Both the position numbers and the translations under genes were made by a program. A stretch of 64,000 bases of DNA, taken from NCBI RefSeq assembly GCF_009914755.1, contig NC_060930.1; one strand, 5' to 3'. The notes beneath the pieces are model-generated. The model made no database searches. It worked only from the letters and a program-made list of their open reading frames with translations, and had not been told where the DNA came from. The stretch is from the human T2T-CHM13v2.0 reference genome, Homo sapiens. Below are positions 57,655-64,000 of the stretch, in pieces (the stretch's first letter is position 1; each line of letters begins with the position of its first letter).

Positions 57655-58200
57655 CCTGGCTATGGCCACTGCTGAGTGCCCAATTTGCCAGCAGCAGAGA
57701 CCAACACTGAGCCCTTTATATAGCACCATTCCTCAGGGTGATCAGCCAGCCACCTGGTGGCAGATTGATTATATTGGACCTCTTCCATCATGGAAAGGGC
57801 AGAAGTTTGTCCTCACTGTAATAGACACTTACTCCAGATATAGGTTTGCCTATCCTGCACACAATGCTTCTGCCAAGACTACCATCCATGGACTAATAGA
57901 ATGCCTTATCCATTGTTATGGTATTCCACACAGCATTGCCTCTGACCAAAGCATTCACTTTAGACCAAAGAAGTGCAGTGATGGGCTCATGCTCATGGAA
58001 TTCACTGGTCTTACCATGTTTCCCATCATCCTGAAGCAGCTGGATTGATAGAACTGTGGAATGGCCTTTTGAAGTCACAATTACAATGCCAACTATGTGA
58101 CAATACTTTGCAGGGCTGGTGCAAAGATGTCCAGAAGGCCATGTGTTCTCTGAATCAGCATCCAATATATTGTACTGTTTCTCCCATAGCCAGGGATTCA
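57630..58200 (+). pseudogene. pol: HERV-L integrase core, frameshifted
   Basis: ECPICQQ, WQIDYIGPLP, IDTYS, YGIPHSIASDQ; continues in another frame as IELWNGLLK. Confidence 0.9.
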
Positions 58201-58219
58201 CAGGTTCAGGAATCTAGGG

Positions 58220-58530
58220 ATGGAAGTGGAAGTTGCACCATTCACCATCACCCCTAGTGATCCACTAGCAAAATTTTTGCTACTTGTTCCTGCAACATTA
58301 CGTTCTGCTAGCCTAGGGGTCTTAGTTCCAGAGGTAGGAATGCTACCACCAGGAGACACAACAACGATTTCATTAAACTGGAAGTTAAGATTCCAATCTG
58401 GACACTTTGGGCTCCTCTTACCTTTAAATCAACAGGCTAAGAAGGGAGTTACAATGTTGGCTGGGGTGATTGACATGGACTATCAAGATGAAATCACTGT
58501 ACTACTCCACAATGGAAGTAAGAAGAGTAC
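58220..58530 (+). pseudogene. HERV-L dUTPase remnant
   Basis: PPGDTTTISLNWKL...GHFGLL...GVTMLAGVIDMDYQDEITVLLHNG; position downstream of integrase is characteristic of ERV-L. Confidence 0.85.
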
Positions 58531-58532
58531 AG

Positions 58533-59684
58533 GCCCTGTGGCTTTGCAGGGTATAGACTCCTCCCAACTGCTTTCACAGGCTAGCGCTCAGCATCTGCAG
58601 CTTTTCCAGGTGCATGGTGCAACTGTCAGTGGATCTACCTCCACCACCTTCTGGAGGACGGTAGCCCTCTACTCACAGCTCCACTAGGCAGTGCCCCAGT
58701 GAGGACTCTGTGTGGAGGCACTGATCCCACATTTCCCTTTAGCACTGTCCTAGCAGAAGTTCTTTATAAGGGCTCTGCCCCTGCAGCAAACTTCTGTCTG
58801 GACATCCAGGCATTTCCATACATCTTCTGAAATCTAGGTGGGGGTTCCCAAACCTCAATTCTTGTCTTCTGTGTACCTGTGGAACCAACACTATGTGGAA
58901 GCCACCAAGGCTTGGGGCTTGCACCTTCTGAAACAATGGCCTGAGCTGCACCTTGGCCCTTTTAGCCAAGGCTGTAGAGCCTGGGACACACGGCACCAAG
59001 TCCGACGGCTGCAAACAACAGGGGTGCCCTGGACCTGGCCCAGGAAATTATTTTTCCCTCCTAGGCATCCTGGCTTGTGATGGGAGGGGCTGCCATGAAG
59101 GTCTCTGACATGACCTGGAGACATTTTCCCCATTGTCTTGGAGATTAACATTTGGCTCCTTATTATTTATGCAAATTTCTGCAGCCAGCTTGAATTTCTC
59201 CCCAGAAAATGGTTTTTTCTTTTCTACTGCATTGTCAGGCTGCAAATTTTCCAAACTTTTATGCTATTGAATGCTTTACTGCTTAGAAATTTCCTCCACC
59301 ATATACCCTAAATCATATACCCTAAATAAGTGTACGGATTTTGCTGTCCATACACTCCAGGCCAGGTGGTCTCACATGGAGATGAGGAGTTTGTTGAGAA
59401 CTTGAGTAAAGGTCACTCTTGCTATGTTTTAGCCAAGAGACTGGTAGCATTTTGCCCCTGCCCTAGAGATCTGTAAAACTTTGAACTTGAGAGAGATGAT
59501 TTAGGATATATGGTCAAAGCCATTCACCAAGTCTTTAGGAAGTTCCAAGCTTTCCCACATCTTTCTATCTTCTTCTGAGCCCTCCAAATTCTTTCAACCT
59601 CTGCCTGTTACCCAGTTCCAAAGTTGCTTCCACATTTTTGGGTGTTTTTAGAGCAGTGCCCCACTCTCTGTAGCACCAATTTAC
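58533..59684 (-). mobile_element. THE1 (MaLR) internal sequence, 3' end lost, with an internal inversion at 59356-59514
   Basis: 'ccctgtggctttgcagggta...cacagctccactaggcagtgccccagt...ggagacattttccccattgtcttgg...caccaatttac' abutting the LTR. Confidence 0.9.
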
Positions 59685-60696
59685 TGTATTAGCCCATTCT
59701 CATGCTGCCGACACATGATTTTTCTTGGCCATCTTGTCAACCAAGAATCTCCACAGCCAGCAATGCCCCACTGTTGCCTGGGACTCACTTTGCCCCAGGC
59801 CTGCTGCTGCAGGAGCCTCACCCACTCAGCCCAACTGTGTAATAACTTGTACCTGTGTTTGGCAATTCCCAAGCCCTTGTCCCATGTCCCAGAAGAATGA
59901 GGATACACTGACAATTCAATGGGTGAGGATTGGTGGAGAAGAATTTTATTGAGTGATGGAATAGCTCTCAGTGGAGAGGGGATGAAGATGGTGGTTTGTC
60001 TTCCAGTGTGGGCAAGCCAAGAGCTTTTTATGGGCTCAGAGTAGGGGAGTGTGTGCTGATTGGTTTGTGAGTATGCAAAAAAGTTTAACATGAAGACACC
60101 ACTTAAAGGTGGGCACGACAGTGTAGAAAACCAATTAGAAAAGGATAGGTATCTGCAAAATAGGTGAAGGATGGGGACCAACCAGAGGAAAGTACATGAA
60201 ATGGGAAGACAGGTTCTCAATCTGGTCTATGGATCTACCAGGACTTGTAGCTAGGCTTTAAATTGTCTTAGGCTTGAAGGTGGGGTTTCACTGGGTACCC
60301 GCCCCTGTCTGCCTAGGCATTTGCCTACCTCCTGCCACTATCACTGCTATGAAGAACTAGCCAAGACTGGGTAATTTAGAAAGGAAAGAAGTGTAATTGA
60401 CTCACAGTTCTGCACAGCTGGAGAGACCTCAGGAAACTTACAATCATGGCAGAAAGGGAAGCAAACACATCCTTCTTCACATGGCAACAGGAGACAGTAG
60501 TTCTGAGCAAAGGGGGTAAAGTCCCTTATAAAACCACCAGATCTGATGAGAACTTACTATCAGGAGAACAGCATAGGAGTAATCACCCCCATGATTCAAT
60601 TACCTCTCACCTGGTCCCTACCATGACACATGGGGATTATGGGAACTACAGTTCAAGATGAGATATGCGGGAGGGGGACAGAGTTAAGCCATATCA
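59685..60696 (-). mobile_element. THE1C-like 5' LTR in two pieces (59685-59708 and 60344-60696)
   Basis: 'tgtattagcccattctcatgctgc' resumes as 'ctgctatgaagaa...gactgggtaattta...gccatatca'. Confidence 0.9.
59709..60343 (-). mobile_element. ERV1 solo LTR (LTR27/LTR28/LTR1 group) nested in the THE1 LTR
   Basis: Minus strand starts TGATAGTGGCAGGAGGTAGGCAAATGCCTAGGCAGACAGGGGCGGG; exact 4-bp TSD CTGC at 59705-59708 and 60344-60347. Confidence 0.85.
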
Positions 60697-60717
60697 CACG
60701 TGTATGTGCATGTGCCT

Positions 60718-60744
60718 GCACACACACACACACACACACACACA
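60718..60744. repeat. (CA)n microsatellite
   Basis: Direct reading. Confidence 0.9.
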
Positions 60745-63479
60745 GAGGAAAATATTGACATGAAGGGAGCTATGATTTCCTGCTTATATTAATATATGTA
60801 AAACCCATTGGCACAATTTATGGGGCCTTCAATGCTATTCCTTGTCTGATCCAAGTCCAGGACACTTCTAGCTTTATTAATGATAATGATGATCATTATT
60901 GTCATTATCATTATTGACTGATAAGCCTGTTTGCCCAAGATGCCATGGAAAATTATGTATAAACCTAATAATATTCAACATTGACTTGGAAAGAAGTGCC
61001 TTGTCGATAATAAGGGATGATATAGTTATTAATTTGACTTGAAAAGTCATTAACAAATATATACATTCTATGAGTGGGCAAATATTCCCAAAGCATCATT
61101 CAGAGGCAGTGCAATTTTTGTTCTGAGGTGTGAGGAGGCAGCCAGAGAACTGATGTCATTCTCCCTGTCACTTTCTCAGGAAGGTTAAACAGCATTCTAT
61201 GAGCTCTTCTGGGTTGATTTATTAAAGGTTTTATGGAGAAAACAGTGGGAATTCAGGAACCACTGGAATAATGGGTAGGAGAATTTGCAGAATAAGGTTG
61301 CATCCCACACACAGAGGCACAGAGAGCAGAGGTAAGAACGAAAATAACAGACAAAAGACCTCACCTAAAAGGAATGATGACAATGGGTAAGGAGTGGGAT
61401 ATTTCATATAAAGTTAAAATGTCATTTTTTTATTATACCAAGGAAATAGATAAACTATTACAGACAGCTGACTACAGATGTTTATGATTAGCACAGTACT
61501 TGGCTCTTATTTTCCTGGATTCTGCCCCATTCTAAATAAACCTGGATTGTTTTCATTCTCATTAGCATCATAGAACTTATTCATATTGAAGAGCCTATTA
61601 AGACACTCAGATAGATGTTACTTCTAGATCTTATATCTTCTAAGCCATTTGCACAGAGTAAGGATTTGATGTTCTCTAACTAGGTAATAGGATTACTATA
61701 TTTTGAAATGGTCCCTTTGGGACAATCCTTATGCAATTTCCTGTTTCCTGTCAGGATGGTTTAACCTATACAGTGAAAAGAAGGGTTGCAGCAGGTTTAA
61801 ATATTTAAAAGTAAAGCTTATTTGAGCTGCATAAAGTAATTGCTACCTGCAGCAGAGAAAGCATAAGTCAGGCTCCATTTTTTACCTGAGAAACCTTGAA
61901 GAGCTGCTTTTGTCACTTGTTTGTATTATTTTTAAATGCCTTCCAAGTTTATAAAGTCTTGGAAAACATAACGTTTATGTATGGAGAGGACTCTGACCAA
62001 GGCTTCTCATCCTCGTCTTGTTTGCTGGGCCTGGCTTTTCAGTCTTCTTGCAGGACTTTAATGAGCAGGGAATTATTCACAATTAATGACAGCCAATCAC
62101 TACAGTGGGGAATATACACTTATAAAATTATGACAAATAGCCACACCATGTGATCAGAGTAGACAAATTACACCATAAGCAGAAAGTAGTTATGGTTGAT
62201 TGGAGCAATTAAATGTTTTCTTTTTTAAAAAACTCCAGTGAGAATATTTTAGAAAATGGCTTTTTAATCATCTGTAGAACTGTTAAAATTATTGTCTCCT
62301 AATAGTTGTAAAGTACACCATGTTTAGAATTCACTGTAATCCCTTTGCATAGCCATGGGATTCTTCCCCCAGAAACCTGTTTACTTGAAACTTATTTTTA
62401 ATCACAGACTCAACATCAACTCATTCCCATTCTGAAGGAAATGCCAATAATTTTCTAAGATTAGAAAAGAAGACACTGGGCTTCCACGAATGAGTAAGAA
62501 CTATGCAGTCTGCGTAGCCAGATTAGGGAAAACAAAATTCTAAACAAATATGCTTGTTATCTTACAGCTGGACTCTCCCCACCAGATCAGAACTTGGTCA
62601 GATGCTGGAAGGCGTCCTAATGACCTCCTAAAAAGTAACTAGGTTACTCTCCAGGGCCACTATGGAATGGAAGCCAAGGAAGCCACCTGGTTTCACTGAG
62701 AATGGATTGTGGAACCTGGGAAACCTGTGAGAAAAGGAGGCTAATGAAGAGAAGATGTTCACATTGACTTCTGATTTTTTCTTTCTTTCTTTGTTGGGGA
62801 GTGGGAAGAAGACAGGGCAGGAAGTGCTAAGGCCATCAACAGGTAGGGCCAAGGGGAAATCTGTTGTCTCACTAGGGCCCAGGAAAAATGTCTGACCTCT
62901 ACAGAGATTGGGCCATTTCATCTTTTCTGCTCAGCTTTGCGATTTGGGAAAGCTTAGGGAATGTGCCTGAATGGATCCCATAGCCTCGGAGGAACGTCAG
63001 GAGACATGGAGAAGCAGAACATAGCTAGGCAATAGGTACGCATGCCCAGTAAGTACCTAGTAAGAGAGAGGGAAAGCACCCGGCGGATGCAGATTGGATT
63101 CTGACCCTGGATGTGCCAGTCCCACGGACATTCAGACACAATGATTAGGGTTTTGCAAAAGTCCTGGGTATCTTCATTAACAAAGGAAGGCACACATACA
63201 GCAATATTGTTAGCTCAACCGTGTCAGCAATATCTTTTTCATAGCAACGGGCTGATAAGCTTGGATATTATTTGCTTTTTGTTGGTTTTATAAGTTAAAA
63301 TTTGAGAAACTTTTTATAACAATATATATTTTTTCTTGTAGAGCTTGGAAGTCTCCCTGAAAATGCTGAATGAAGAAATTTGACTTGTGAGTACAAACAT
63401 GCGCTACAGGACTTTATATTAGAATTTTGGCCACAACAGGCAATTGCCTTCTGAAGTACCCAGTCTAGTCAAGTATCTA

Positions 63480-63700
63480 ATAAAAGCTTGATTTCTTTGA
63501 GGACATACTAAGTGATAGGCACAGTGTTTTCCTTGTGCTAACACATTTAACCTCTGCAACAACTGTTTTCACAATAGCTTACAAAATAAGAAAACTACGG
63601 CTCAGAGAGATAAAGTGAGTTGGTTGTGATTAGAAAATCAAATATTAGATAGCACCTAGACTGAAACAAGTTCTATCTGATTACAATATCCAATTTGTAA
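63480..63700 (-). mobile_element. MIR
   Basis: 'catttaacctctgcaacaac...aagaaaactacggctcagagagataaagtga'. Confidence 0.7.
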
Positions 63701-64000
63701 TAAGAAGATATTTCTTCTGGCCTGGTATAATAATATCTTTTTTATTTAGGGATAAAATATTACCACAGATGTAAAATATAAGGGGAAAAAGACACTTAAT
63801 TTTACATTAACCGTGAACTCAAAAAAATTTTTAAAAATTTCATTGTCTTACCATTATAATAGTTTTTTTTAAAATTATACAATTGTTATTTAAACTAGGG
63901 TAATGTGCTTTTCTAGATCTTTCATATATACCAACCAGGTTGATTCAACTTTATAGTCACTCTTTAATATGGATTTTCATAATTTCATTTACCTCTTATG

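Larger units (their letters stand above)
56457..58530 (+). mobile_element. HERV-L internal region: PBS joined to 3' pol (tether, RNase H, integrase) and dUTPase; gag and RT deleted, no 3' LTR
   Basis: Starts 'gattttggtaccaggagtgg' (ERV-L PBS) and jumps directly to pol; ORFs 56564, 56983, 57575 and 58220 match ERV-L Pol and dUTPase motifs. Confidence 0.93.

Noticed and set aside
59681-60220. 179-aa minus-strand ORF
   Set aside because: Lies entirely within nested LTR sequence and has no domain similarity
56075-60696. Intact or novel composite retrovirus
   Set aside because: gag and RT are deleted, integrase is frameshifted, there is no env, the LTRs are from different families in opposite orientation, and there is no shared TSD; it is a post-insertion rearrangement

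Overview
AT-rich primate genomic DNA, very probably human: it carries a near-consensus AluYa5-lineage element and an L1PA3/4. The window looks intergenic or deep-intronic. I found no host protein-coding exon, RNA gene, CpG island or CRISPR array. The only ORFs with real protein homology are transposon relics: the L1 ORF2p C-terminus (19113-20048) and HERV-L RNase H, integrase and dUTPase (56983-58530). The rest of the ORF track is Alu, LTR or microsatellite noise. About half the window is recognisable repeat: about 15 Alus, L1/L2/L3 fragments, MIRs, MER5/20/33 and Tigger DNA transposons, and solo LTRs (MER4, MER41A, MLT1A, MST, ERVL-type). A nested, rearranged HERV-L/THE1/ERV1-LTR cluster lies at 56.1-60.7 kb. 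I cannot support a new biological system here. The most notable signals are structural: (i) several templated-insertion or template-switch scars whose donor sequences are visible in the window, (ii) an 11-unit, 31-bp palindromic AT-rich minisatellite whose spacer flips orientation, (iii) a twin-primed 5'-inverted L1, and (iv) a young, possibly polymorphic Alu. Repeat subfamily names come from recalled consensus sequences and need RepeatMasker/Dfam confirmation. Boundaries of old repeats are approximate.
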